Assembly: GCA_028822585.1 (NCBI GenBank)
Contig: JAPKDL010000004.1
Coordinates: forward strand, 3,161 to 67,160
Length of the DNA stretch: 64,000 nt
Direction of reading: 5' to 3'
DNA from: Alphaproteobacteria bacterium
GTDB taxonomy: Bacteria > Pseudomonadota > Alphaproteobacteria > UBA8366 > GCA-2717185
Shown here: positions 36,384 to 46,086 of the stretch, piece by piece
How positions within the stretch are numbered: the stretch's first letter is position 1
Layout: each line of letters begins with the position of its first letter
The notes under the pieces: model-generated
Databases searched by the model: none
Told to the model about the DNA's origin: nothing
What the model saw: the letters and a program-made list of their open reading frames with translations, nothing else
Made by a program: the position numbers and the translations under genes

Positions 36384-38276
36384 GTGGCGAAAGCGACTCC
36401 CAGTCCAAAATCAAACCGACCGCCGTTGGCCGTTGTAGGCTCTCTGGTATCACAAGATGAAGATCTTTTCGGGCGAATATTTGACCGTTGGGTGGTGGGA
36501 CGTCTGGGTGAGTATCTTCGTCCCTACCGCGCCCGCATCATCATCGCCATTGGCGCCGTGCTCGCCTTCACGCTCACCCAATTGGCAATTCCACTGATTA
36601 TACGCGCCGCTATTGATGACGCCGTGGCGTCGGGTGGCGAGATTGCCGAAGGTGGCGCTCTTTTAAACATCTTAGTCGCTGTGTTCATTGGCGTCGTCGT
36701 GTTCAATTACATTGCCAACCACGTGCAAGAAACCATCGTCGGTAAAATCGCAGGACATCTACTGTTCGACTTACGCCGCGCGATGTATGCGCATTTACAA
36801 GTCGTATCGCTGTCCTTCATGGACAAAACCGAAGTGGGCCGGTTGATGTCCCGGCTGCAAGGCGACGTCAACGCGCTGCAGGAATTTCTTGAATCTTCCA
36901 TATTTGCAATTGGCGATTTCGTTCTGTTGTTTGGCATTATTGCGGTTTTGTTAAGCCTGGATGCGCGTTTGGGCGCCATGACTTTGTCAGTGGTCCCTAT
37001 ATTATTTTTGGTCCGTATCATCTGGCTGCCGCTGGCCCGTCGTGCCTTTTTACGCGCCCGTGAAACCAGCAGCGCCACCAACGCAGCATTGGCCGAAAGC
37101 ATTCACGGGGTCAGGGTTGTTCAGGAATTAACCCGCGAAGATGTCAATTTCGACCTGTTTGACGAAAAGGCGACCGATAACCTCAATTCTCATATCAGCG
37201 GTTCGAAATACACCAATGTGCTGATCCCCATCGTGGACGGGCTCACCGGCGCTGCAATGGCGATCATCGTGATCGTCGGCGGTGGCCTGGTGTTGGACCA
37301 GGCCCTCGACATCGGGGTGATGGTCGCTTTCTTGTTTTACGTACAACGCTTTTTCGATCCAATCCGATCCCTGACTATTCAATACTCCATCATGCAACGG
37401 GCCATGGCGGCCGGCCAACGCATCTTCGAAGTACTTGATGTCGAAGTCGAAGTTTCGAATAAATCGGACGCGCAGGACCCTAAGGAAATAGACGGGTCCA
37501 TTGAATTCGAGAATGTTACGTTCGGGTATGTCGCCGATCAGCCCGTTCTGAAAAACATTTCGTTTCGCGTGGCTCCAGGCGAGACCGTTGCCCTAGTCGG
37601 TCCGACCGGATCTGGAAAAACCAGCACCATGTCTTTAACCCATCGTTTCTATGACGTCTGGGATGGGAGCATTCGGGTTGGCGGCCATGACGTGCGGGAC
37701 CTTACGCAAGCTTCCCTGGGCCGCCACATCGCCATGGTGCTTCAAGAGCCCTATCTGTTTTCCGGTACGATCCTGGAAAATATTCGTTATGCGAAGCTGG
37801 AGGCCTCTCGGGACGCAATCATTGACGCAGCGAAAGCGGTTGGCGCACATGATTTCATCATGCGCCTAGGCGCGGGTTACGAGACGGAACTTGACCAGGG
37901 CGGCGGCAATTTATCCCTAGGACAGCGCCAATTGCTGAGTTTCGCGCGCGCTCTCGTCGCCGATGCCAAGATACTCATTCTCGACGAAGCGACTGCCAGC
38001 ATCGACAGTTATACCGAACTTAATATTCAACGCGCCTTAGCGCGCTTGCTGGAAAACCGAACCGCCATGGTCATCGCGCACAGGTTGGCGACCATTCGCG
38101 GGGCCGACCGTATTATGGTCCTGCAGGATGGTGAAATCATCGAAACCGGGGACCACGCACATTTAATGGCGAGCGAGGGTCTCTATAGCCGCCTGTACCG
38201 GATGAACTATGCATCTTTCGACGACATACCAGATGACGTAGCGCGCACTCTAAGCGAAAGCAACGACGCGACTTAA
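36384..38276 (+). CDS. ABC exporter, fused permease/ATPase (half transporter 2)
   Basis: 630 aa, GTG start 3 nt after the upstream stop; Walker A GPTGSGKTS, signature LSLGQRQL, Walker B LILDEATAS. Confidence 0.9.
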   Translation: MAKATPSPKSNRPPLAVVGSLVSQDEDLFGRIFDRWVVGRLGEYLRPYRARIIIAIGAVLAFTLTQLAIPLIIRAAIDDAVASGGEIAEGGALLNILVAVFIGVVVFNYIANHVQETIVGKIAGHLLFDLRRAMYAHLQVVSLSFMDKTEVGRLMSRLQGDVNALQEFLESSIFAIGDFVLLFGIIAVLLSLDARLGAMTLSVVPILFLVRIIWLPLARRAFLRARETSSATNAALAESIHGVRVVQELTREDVNFDLFDEKATDNLNSHISGSKYTNVLIPIVDGLTGAAMAIIVIVGGGLVLDQALDIGVMVAFLFYVQRFFDPIRSLTIQYSIMQRAMAAGQRIFEVLDVEVEVSNKSDAQDPKEIDGSIEFENVTFGYVADQPVLKNISFRVAPGETVALVGPTGSGKTSTMSLTHRFYDVWDGSIRVGGHDVRDLTQASLGRHIAMVLQEPYLFSGTILENIRYAKLEASRDAIIDAAKAVGAHDFIMRLGAGYETELDQGGGNLSLGQRQLLSFARALVADAKILILDEATASIDSYTELNIQRALARLLENRTAMVIAHRLATIRGADRIMVLQDGEIIETGDHAHLMASEGLYSRLYRMNYASFDDIPDDVARTLSESNDAT

Positions 38277-38686
38277 TCTGGCCTTTCAATAACTGCATCG
38301 AACCTGCCCCGCGACGCCTGCATGCAATCCACAACTCAGCGCCTCAGAAAATCGGATGAAAGTTAAACTGCTTTCAGCCAGCTCATGCGCCAGACACTCG
38401 TTCGACGTTCCAGAACAAAGCCCGGCAATTCGACGCCATACCGCATCGAGACCCGGTCGGTCACTCGCCTAAACACCTGATACGCGCCTGTGTCCTCAAC
38501 CCTCCATAAGTAGGTGGACGTTAAAATTCGCAGATTGGTTTGATCTATTTTGTAAAGATGAGCAATGGGCCACGCAAAATGCTTGCAACTTTTCCGCCCC
38601 CAAGCCAAAGCGGCACTAACCGTGGTGCCCCACTAAATTATAATATTTTAAGATAACGATTAATTAACAAACAATTTAAAAGTTAT

Positions 38687-39196
38687 TCAAACACAAAATA
38701 TATCAATCATACTAGGCACATAATCATTCATCAGGGTTATTTTTTTACGTTTAATTCGCCCCCCTCCGCCATCTAAAACAAGTTCATGTTCGTACCGACC
38801 AAAAAACACATGCTGTGTTCGCGTGCGCGGAGAATAGACATGACAGGTCCATGCGGAATGCAAGATCATGGAATTTGGTGTCGAATTATCACCAAGCACT
38901 GCATTCGAGATGACATGCGTGGTGCGCGGCAATGGTGTTAACGATGGCGCCTGCCCTGATCTAATCCGCCAGACCCGGTCCGCCAGTCCAGCGCGAGATT
39001 TGAAAAAAAAGATCGAAATTTCTCGCTGAAAATTGCTAGTGAGCTCGTCGTCGTTGCGCCATGCAGGAGCCCAGAACTGACAGTCCTCGCAATACAACCC
39101 TAGCCATTCATCCCACAGCCGTTCATCGAGGAACCGGCTTTCGCGGTTAAGCAGATCAACACCGTCACCCAATAACAAATCAGAATCCACGCTCAT
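38687..39196 (-). CDS. Aromatic-ring-hydroxylating oxygenase beta subunit
   Basis: MSVDSDLLLGDGVDLLNRESRFLDERLWDEWLGLYCEDCQFW..; its ATG overlaps the alpha-subunit stop (ATGA at 39193-39196). Confidence 0.85.
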   Translation of the reverse strand: MSVDSDLLLGDGVDLLNRESRFLDERLWDEWLGLYCEDCQFWAPAWRNDDELTSNFQREISIFFFKSRAGLADRVWRIRSGQAPSLTPLPRTTHVISNAVLGDNSTPNSMILHSAWTCHVYSPRTRTQHVFFGRYEHELVLDGGGGRIKRKKITLMNDYVPSMIDIFCV

Positions 39197-40521
39197 TTTG
39201 CAACACCCGACAAACGCCGCGCCCATTCACGGTAAGCGGCGTGGTAGCATACTTCGTTTTGCACACCGTACGTGCTGTACAGGCTGTTTCGAGGATTAAT
39301 CTTCAATTCATCGGCTGCCGGATTGCCACCATCACGAATCAACATCATGCCGCGTTCGAAACATTGCAGCCAATCATCAACCCCGCTGTCCAGCCCGGCT
39401 TGGCAATTTTCATAACACGCGGTGTCATCTGGCGTCGCCAAACCAGACACATTAAAAAAATCTTCATGCTGGCGAATACGCTTGGACCGGGGGGCATCGG
39501 CTTCCCCTACCGGTGCCAGGCAAAATAAATTCATTTCGGTTCGGTCGACAGCAAGCGGTGTGAAGGTGCGCAGGATTAAGGACGACGTGTCGGCCAATTG
39601 CAGATTGGGAAAGATCGTCAAATTGCGTTGCCGCAACATCCATTTTGCGCGAACCGGCCCCACCTTCCGGCGCAGCGCGTCAATTGCGCCATACACCGGT
39701 TGATCTTCTGGCGTTGGATGGTCGGCCCATAGAAGGGCATGGCCATTTTCTAACGTGAACATGCCTGCATCCATGGCGAATCGACTTTTAAAATCTGGCG
39801 ATTTGACTTGTTTGTTCTCACTCTCTCCAGCGGTGCGTCGTTGCACGACCTTGGCGAAGCTTCTGTGCGTAGAGGTTAGATGATAGGCGTCAACACCGTT
39901 ATCCAATTGGAATTTCCAATTGGCATCATAGGTATACCGGGAACGGCCTGGCACCAATTCCATCCCTTCGCTACCCTGGTCGAGTACCAAATCAATAAAC
40001 ACCCGGGCGTCGCCTAAATATTCCTCCAATGGCAAGACATCGGGCGAAAGGCTGGCGAACAGCAAGTCGCGATACGCTGCAAACCGCGCAACCGGTAGCA
40101 AATCATGATCCTTTGATTTAAATGACTCGGGATAATGCGCTGCTTCTTGGTCCTTTATGTCGATATTTTGGCCTTTGGAATCATACGCCCAGCCGTGATA
40201 ATCACAGACATGAAACTGCGAATTACCACACTCGCTTTGACGCAGTGTCGCGCCACGATGTCGACAGGTGTTGTGGAAACAATGCAATCCGCCCTCGCCG
40301 TCGCGCGTCACCATGACGGGGCGTCGGCCAATTCGCGTGCAGTGGAAATCAAAGGGTTCCGGTAGCTGAGACTCTAAACAAACGAAAACCCACCCACCTT
40401 CGAAAATTGAGCGCATTTCCATTTCGAACAAACCCGGATCGCGAAATACATCTCGATGCATTTCGAACGTATTGGATTTAGGATCATCGCGAATATAGGC
40501 GTTGATATCAAAATTCCGCAT
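39193..40521 (-). CDS. Rieske [2Fe-2S] aromatic-ring-hydroxylating oxygenase alpha subunit
   Basis: 442 aa; Rieske motif CRHRG...(17)...CDYHGW; catalytic-domain His pair ..DAYHLTSTH.. Confidence 0.92.
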   Translation of the reverse strand: MRNFDINAYIRDDPKSNTFEMHRDVFRDPGLFEMEMRSIFEGGWVFVCLESQLPEPFDFHCTRIGRRPVMVTRDGEGGLHCFHNTCRHRGATLRQSECGNSQFHVCDYHGWAYDSKGQNIDIKDQEAAHYPESFKSKDHDLLPVARFAAYRDLLFASLSPDVLPLEEYLGDARVFIDLVLDQGSEGMELVPGRSRYTYDANWKFQLDNGVDAYHLTSTHRSFAKVVQRRTAGESENKQVKSPDFKSRFAMDAGMFTLENGHALLWADHPTPEDQPVYGAIDALRRKVGPVRAKWMLRQRNLTIFPNLQLADTSSLILRTFTPLAVDRTEMNLFCLAPVGEADAPRSKRIRQHEDFFNVSGLATPDDTACYENCQAGLDSGVDDWLQCFERGMMLIRDGGNPAADELKINPRNSLYSTYGVQNEVCYHAAYREWARRLSGVAK

Positions 40522-40649
40522 CTTTCCCGCCTCTCAAAGCCAACACACCGCGCGAGCCCCGTTAAGGCACTGCAATCGCGCACGCAGGGTCTTTTACAAA
40601 TAACGTCCGATAACATAGACTAACGCAGCTTCATGGGAAGGTAACGTTC

Positions 40650-42089
40650 ATGACTACCACACATTTCAAAAATGTCGACTGGATCGTCGCGTGGGACAGT
40701 TCCACAGACTCCCACGCCTATTTAAACGGCGCTGATCTGGTTTTTAAAGACAATGAAATTTCCTTTATCGGCCCCTCCTATAACGGAGACAGCGACGTCG
40801 TGGTGGACGGAAAAGATCTTTGCCTGATACCAGGATTCGTCGACATTCACGCTCATCCCGCCAGCGAAGTGTATTTTCGCGGCCTGCGCGAAGACCATAG
40901 TGTTCCAGAACATTATATGACTGGGCTCTACGAACGCTCCTGCGTCTACGCTATCGATCAAGACGACAAACACCATGGCGCTGAAGTGTCTTACGCCGAT
41001 TTAATGTTGAGCGGCGTCACCACCCTGGTCGATATCACCTTTCCTTACCCGGGTTGGACGGACGTTATGGCCCGCAGCGGACTGCGCATGTATGCCGCGC
41101 CTGGGTTCAACACGGCGACCTGGTATCGCGACAATCATCATCAGCTTAAATACGACGAAAACGAGGCCAAGGGTTGGCGTGATTTTGAAACCGCCTTGTC
41201 ATTGATCGATGAATTGCGCGCGCATCCGTCAGGCCTGCTGAACGGCATCGTCTCGCCGGTGCAGATCGACAACAACACCAGCGACATTTTGGTCGCTAGC
41301 CGTGACGCTGCACGCGAACGGGGTTTGTTATGGACGACGCATGCGTCCCAATCCGTCGTCGAATTCAACATCATGGTCGAACGCCACGGCATAACGCCCA
41401 TCCAATATCTCGACAAGCTAGGGGTGCTAGGGGAAGGCGCCATTCTCGGACATTCCATGTTGATCGACGATCACTCCTGGATTCGCTGGCATACGAAATT
41501 AGATTTAAAATTGTTGGGAGACAGTCACACGGCCGTCGCGCATTGCCCGACGCCGTTCATGCGCTATGGCACCATTCTGGAAAATTTAAACCGCTACCAG
41601 GACGCGGGCGTACGACTGGGCATTGGCACCGACACCCTGCCCCACAACTACATTGAAGACCTTCGTTACGCGGCGATCATGGCGCGAATCGCAGGACGTG
41701 ACGGCAATATTGGTTCCACAGCGGATGTGTTTTACGCCGGGACGGCAGGCGGGGCGAAGGCGCTTATGCGCGATGATATCGGACGCCTTTCGGTGGGCGC
41801 AAAAGCCGACATTGTGGTCTTGGACCTGGACCATCCTTTGATGAAGCCCGGACGCGACCCCTTGGCGGCGCTCATCCATTCAGCGGCGGAGCGCGCGATC
41901 AAGGACGTTTATATCGATGGAAAGCAGGTCGTCAAAAACCACGAGGTGTTGACCTTGAACCGGATTGAAGCGGCAGGGCGTTTACGCGAAGGCCAGGCGC
42001 GAATGGAATCAGGCGCGCGGCAACGTGATTTCGCCGGGCGTTCGCATGAAGAGATCACTCCGCTGACGCTGCCAACGGTCGAGAGTTGA
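40650..42089 (+). CDS. Amidohydrolase-superfamily protein (chlorohydrolase/aminohydrolase type)
   Basis: 479 aa; ..IPGFVDIHAHP.. HxH metal motif, ..WTTHASQS.., ..GIGTDT.. Confidence 0.88.
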   Translation: MTTTHFKNVDWIVAWDSSTDSHAYLNGADLVFKDNEISFIGPSYNGDSDVVVDGKDLCLIPGFVDIHAHPASEVYFRGLREDHSVPEHYMTGLYERSCVYAIDQDDKHHGAEVSYADLMLSGVTTLVDITFPYPGWTDVMARSGLRMYAAPGFNTATWYRDNHHQLKYDENEAKGWRDFETALSLIDELRAHPSGLLNGIVSPVQIDNNTSDILVASRDAARERGLLWTTHASQSVVEFNIMVERHGITPIQYLDKLGVLGEGAILGHSMLIDDHSWIRWHTKLDLKLLGDSHTAVAHCPTPFMRYGTILENLNRYQDAGVRLGIGTDTLPHNYIEDLRYAAIMARIAGRDGNIGSTADVFYAGTAGGAKALMRDDIGRLSVGAKADIVVLDLDHPLMKPGRDPLAALIHSAAERAIKDVYIDGKQVVKNHEVLTLNRIEAAGRLREGQARMESGARQRDFAGRSHEEITPLTLPTVES

Positions 42090-42099
42090 GGTCGGCTTT

Positions 42100-43284
42100 A
42101 TGGGCGCGCTAGATGGTATAAAAGTTCTCGATCTCAGTCGTGTCCTGGCGGGCCCGTTTTGCGGGCAGATGCTGGCCGACAACGGTGCAGAAGTTATCAA
42201 GGTTGAAGCACCCGGCGGTGATCTCAATCGAACTTTCCCTTACGCTGTCGGCGATGGCCAAACATCCAACTGGCTTAGCGTCAATCGCGGAAAAAAAGAC
42301 ATCACGCTCAATTTAAAATCACCCAAGGCGCGCGATCTTCTCGACGCGCTGGTCGCCAAGATGGATGTGGTGATCCAAAGCTTTCTTCCAGACACGGCGG
42401 AGAAGCTGGGCGTTGGCTATGAACGGCTGCACGCCATCAACCCAAACCTCATTTATTGTTCGATTTCCGGGTATGGCGCAAAAGGACCACTCCGCAACAA
42501 GCCTGGTTACGACACTTTGGTCTCCGCCTATACCGGCCTATTCGCAATGACGGGGGAATCCGATCGCCCCCCGGTTCGACTCGGCGTCGCGGCGATCGAC
42601 ATGTCCACCGGCATGTTGGCCTATAGCGGCGTTGTCAGCGCGTTACTCGCGCGCGAGCATGGCGCGGGCGGTCAACGAGTCGACGCGTCATTATTAGAAT
42701 CGGGCGTCACGTTGCTGGGTTATCAAGGCGTCGCTTGGACCGCCGGGAATGTTCTGGTTGAACGGGAAGGTGCCGGATTTTCCACGATCTCGCCCTATGG
42801 CGTTTACCGCGCTAGGGATGGTGAAATTTTGATCGGAGCACCGGCCCAAAATAAATGGCTTTTAGTGTGCGATGTGCTGGAGGCACCAGAATTAGCAACC
42901 GATGAGCGCTACGCATCAAACGAAAGTCGCTGTCGACATGATGCCGATTTACGCATCGACATGGAAGCGAAGCTCGTCGCCCAAGACGTCCACACCTGGC
43001 TGCCCCAGTTCGAAGCCGCAGGTGTGGCGACCGCGCCGATGAACACAATCGATCAGGTGTTGCAGGACGAGCAGGTGTTGGCCAACGACATGGTCGTTCC
43101 GGCAAAACGTCCCGACGGCACGACGGTCGATCTGTTGGGTCTGCCGTTCAAACTTTCCGGAACACCCGGCAAACCAGGTTCCGCACCACCGGAACCGGGT
43201 CAGCATAACGACTCGGTGTTCAGCAAGCTCCTCGGTCTATCTATTAGCGAGATAGAGGCATTGAAGGATGATGGCGCGATTTAG
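42100..43284 (+). CDS. Family III CoA-transferase (CaiB/BaiF type)
   Basis: MGALDGIKVLDLSRVLAGPFCGQMLADNGAEVIKVE..; 394 aa. Confidence 0.9.
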   Translation: MGALDGIKVLDLSRVLAGPFCGQMLADNGAEVIKVEAPGGDLNRTFPYAVGDGQTSNWLSVNRGKKDITLNLKSPKARDLLDALVAKMDVVIQSFLPDTAEKLGVGYERLHAINPNLIYCSISGYGAKGPLRNKPGYDTLVSAYTGLFAMTGESDRPPVRLGVAAIDMSTGMLAYSGVVSALLAREHGAGGQRVDASLLESGVTLLGYQGVAWTAGNVLVEREGAGFSTISPYGVYRARDGEILIGAPAQNKWLLVCDVLEAPELATDERYASNESRCRHDADLRIDMEAKLVAQDVHTWLPQFEAAGVATAPMNTIDQVLQDEQVLANDMVVPAKRPDGTTVDLLGLPFKLSGTPGKPGSAPPEPGQHNDSVFSKLLGLSISEIEALKDDGAI

Positions 43285-43288
43285 CCTC

Positions 43289-44263
43289 TCAATTCGTTAG
43301 TACGCATTTGCCGATGACCTTACGGTCAATGATGACCTGAAGCGCTTTGGCCACTTGATCCAATGGGTATGTGTGCGAGACATGCGGTTTTAATTTTCCG
43401 GCTTTCGCCCATTCCATTAAGACCTTTAAATTCGCCGCTGCGGTTTCCGGTTCGAATTCGTTGAACCCACCCATCCGAACGCCTACCGCCGACGCGCCCT
43501 TGATCAACAAGTGATTGGTCTTCGCCAAGGACGGACCGCCACCCACAAAGCCAAGGATAAGAATTCGCGCTCCCCAATTCAAACATCGCATGGATTCGTC
43601 GAACACCCCCGCTCCGACCGGGTCGTAAATCACATCAGCGCCGCGCCCATCGGTCAACTCTTTGACCTTGTCGCGGAACCCGTCGGTATAGTTAATAATG
43701 TGGTCCGCGCCGTTGGCCTCCACCACCGCAAGCTTGTTATCCGAACTCGCCGTTGCGATGACCGTTGCGCCCAATATTTTGCCAATTTGTACAGCAGCAA
43801 GCCCGATTCCGCCCGCCGCCCCATGCACCAACAGGGTCTCGCCGGATTGCAACCGACCGCGCTGAACTAGTGAGTGATAAGCCGTGCTGTAGGCGGACCG
43901 AAACCCCGCTGCTTGAATCAATTCCATGTTGGCGGGTACGGGCAAAGCGTGATCAGCCGGAATCGTCGCCTGTTCCGCAAACGCCCCAGTCGAATGGCGG
44001 GTCATCACTTTGTCGCCGACCTTGAACCTATCCACCTCGGACCCAACGGCGACAATCTCGCCCGCCGCTTCCCCCCCCGGAATAAAGGGCAACGCCGGCT
44101 TGGTCTGGTATTCCCCGGCGGCCATCAGTACGTCGACAAATTGCGCGCCCCGCGCCGACAACGCGACCTTGATTTCCCCGGGACCCGGTTCGAGTGAGTC
44201 CGGCAATTCGCGCATCACTAAATCACTCGGCAGGCCCAATTTTTCACAAACGATGGCTCGCAT
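43289..44263 (-). CDS. NAD(P)H:quinone oxidoreductase / zeta-crystallin-type MDR
   Basis: MRAIVCEKLG.. ; ..ETLLVHGAAGGIGLAAVQIGK..; ATG at 44263 preceded by AAGGGA; the longer ORF-track start lacks an SD. Confidence 0.88.
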   Translation of the reverse strand: MRAIVCEKLGLPSDLVMRELPDSLEPGPGEIKVALSARGAQFVDVLMAAGEYQTKPALPFIPGGEAAGEIVAVGSEVDRFKVGDKVMTRHSTGAFAEQATIPADHALPVPANMELIQAAGFRSAYSTAYHSLVQRGRLQSGETLLVHGAAGGIGLAAVQIGKILGATVIATASSDNKLAVVEANGADHIINYTDGFRDKVKELTDGRGADVIYDPVGAGVFDESMRCLNWGARILILGFVGGGPSLAKTNHLLIKGASAVGVRMGGFNEFEPETAAANLKVLMEWAKAGKLKPHVSHTYPLDQVAKALQVIIDRKVIGKCVLTN

Positions 44264-44286
44264 AGATTTTTCCCTTCGATTAAATC

Positions 44287-45642
44287 CTAAATTTTTCGAC
44301 ACAATTGTAGCAACGGCTTGACGCTCGACTGGTTCTCCAGATCCTCTATAAATTCAATGATGGCGCGCGCGGTCGTCTCGCCGACGACGGGAATGGCCTG
44401 CCCCAGGAACTTGTCGCACACCGTCGCTTCGTCCATCGGTCGATCGACATCTCCTAACGGAATTTCCTCGACAGCGTCAATTACATCTCCGTTGGTGAAT
44501 TTAACTTCAATGGCACCGGGACGCCCTGACGGAAACTGTCCTTCGAAAGATGGTTCGCCGATAGCGTCCACCAACATCGTTAATCGCATAACGTCTTCGT
44601 CCAGAAACCGGTTTTCAGAAAACTGTGCATCGGTTAGCTCGCCATCGCATAACGCCATCGCGACACAAGACGGTAAACTGTGGTCAGCCGTTTCCCTGTT
44701 CATTGGCTGGAATTTATTAGGATCGGCAATGCGGCCTAAGGCGTCTTGTTTTACCCGAGCGCGGATCTGCTGGATTTCATCCAACCGATGCTTGGCACCT
44801 TCATGCAACCGAACCGCTGCTGCTATCGGCGCCTGAAGGGCGAATTGTGCTGGAAACTGCTTTAAACTTACGCCTTCGATCCGATAAAAATTTTGATCCA
44901 AGGCGTAATCGTCTATGTTGGCGCCAGATTGCTCAAACAGCCCTTCATAGACCGCCAAGGGTCCCGTGAACCCCGCCGCTGCCAGACGTGCTGCGGACAC
45001 ACCTTCGGACGCGCTCAAGGGATACGCCGCCGCTTTGGCCATGCTTAGTTCGCCACTGGCCAATACACTAAGCGTTAAATGGCGGAATCCTCCGAGCGCA
45101 CCACCCTGCGCCATGACCACCCTGGATTGCCCCCACGCCTTGCCCGCGACCAAGGGTGCCACAAATCCTGCCGCGCTGGCGTGATGCCCCCCGATATCCC
45201 GGAAGCTAAAGGCATCGCACAAACGAATTTGCATCTCGTACCCCGCGACAATCGCCTCGATCAACCTTTTTCCATTCCCATTCACCTCTTCCACGCAAGC
45301 CAGCGCGACGGTGATATTTTCCGCCGGATGGCAAATATCCCGCGACCAATATACATCCATGAAGTCTAGATACCGGACCATCGCGCCATTGACGATTACC
45401 GCCCCTTCGGTGGTGACGCGCCGTCCATCGCCTAGACATGTCGCACCCAGCGCGCCAGGCACTACATCCGGCGCAAGATTGCGCAACAGCGCGACCGGCT
45501 TCGCCTCAACCCCACCCAAGGCACAACCCAGCGTGTCCAGCACTAAACGTTTAACCATCGCAATCGTGGATACAGGCAAGCGTGAAATTGATATATCGTC
45601 AACAAATCCGGCGATTTTTTCCGCCAGAAACGGTTCGGTCAT
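44287..45642 (-). CDS. MmgE/PrpD-family protein
   Basis: 451 aa; ..VKRLVLDTLGCALGG.., ..GGHHASAAGFVAPLVAGKA..; GAGAGGA SD. Confidence 0.9.
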   Translation of the reverse strand: MTEPFLAEKIAGFVDDISISRLPVSTIAMVKRLVLDTLGCALGGVEAKPVALLRNLAPDVVPGALGATCLGDGRRVTTEGAVIVNGAMVRYLDFMDVYWSRDICHPAENITVALACVEEVNGNGKRLIEAIVAGYEMQIRLCDAFSFRDIGGHHASAAGFVAPLVAGKAWGQSRVVMAQGGALGGFRHLTLSVLASGELSMAKAAAYPLSASEGVSAARLAAAGFTGPLAVYEGLFEQSGANIDDYALDQNFYRIEGVSLKQFPAQFALQAPIAAAVRLHEGAKHRLDEIQQIRARVKQDALGRIADPNKFQPMNRETADHSLPSCVAMALCDGELTDAQFSENRFLDEDVMRLTMLVDAIGEPSFEGQFPSGRPGAIEVKFTNGDVIDAVEEIPLGDVDRPMDEATVCDKFLGQAIPVVGETTARAIIEFIEDLENQSSVKPLLQLCRKI

Positions 45643-45667
45643 TAGTTCTATCCTCTCGAAAATTGAC

Positions 45668-45988
45668 CTAACTATGCCGGGGACCGATCTCAGAAAACAC
45701 CCATAAGGCGGCTGTTTTTTTATTCAGCGCCGCGCTTTGCTGTCGTCGCGACCTTGTCTCATTAAGTTTTAGTATGACGTCGCCCGGCGCATCGGCTTCC
45801 ACTTCGTACAAAGCCAAAAATTTGTGTGGGCATTTCAAACCTACTTCATCGGAAAGCTCAAAGCGTTGACCCGACATCCACCCGGTGGACTTTAGAACTT
45901 CATCAATATGGAGGTTTTCGTAGTAGTTGTTAAATTCGTCTTCATTTCCTTCGGTCGGCTCGGTCAGCACTGCAACAATATGTTTCAT
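45668..45988 (-). CDS. Small dimeric alpha/beta-barrel (EthD-like) protein
   Basis: 106 aa; ..EGNEDEFNNYYENLHIDEVL..G..RFEL.. pattern; GAGGAA SD; the family name is tentative. Confidence 0.5.
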   Translation of the reverse strand: MKHIVAVLTEPTEGNEDEFNNYYENLHIDEVLKSTGWMSGQRFELSDEVGLKCPHKFLALYEVEADAPGDVILKLNETRSRRQQSAALNKKTAALWVFSEIGPRHS

Positions 45989-46009
45989 GAGTTTCCTCGT
46001 GTATTCGAT

Positions 46010-46024
46010 TTAGGAATTTCCTAA
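46010..46024. promoter_or_regulatory. 15-bp palindrome TTAGGAA-T-TTCCTAA in a divergent promoter region, candidate operator
   Basis: Perfect 7+1+7 inverted repeat, 22 nt from the EthD-like start and 63 nt from the enolase-family start. Confidence 0.35.
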
Positions 46025-46086
46025 CATTGCCTTATGAAGCCCGAGTCGCAACGGGAAATCGATGCTCAATTTGCAGGTAAGAAACA

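Noticed and set aside
38363-38608. 81-codon minus-strand frame in the ABC-Rieske gap (..HLYKIDQTNLRILTSTYLWRVEDTGAYQVFRRVTDRVSMRYG..)
   Set aside because: It has no ATG or GTG. A TAG lies a few codons upstream of the only TTG. There is no SD and I recognise no family. It may be a gene fragment, but I cannot support a call.
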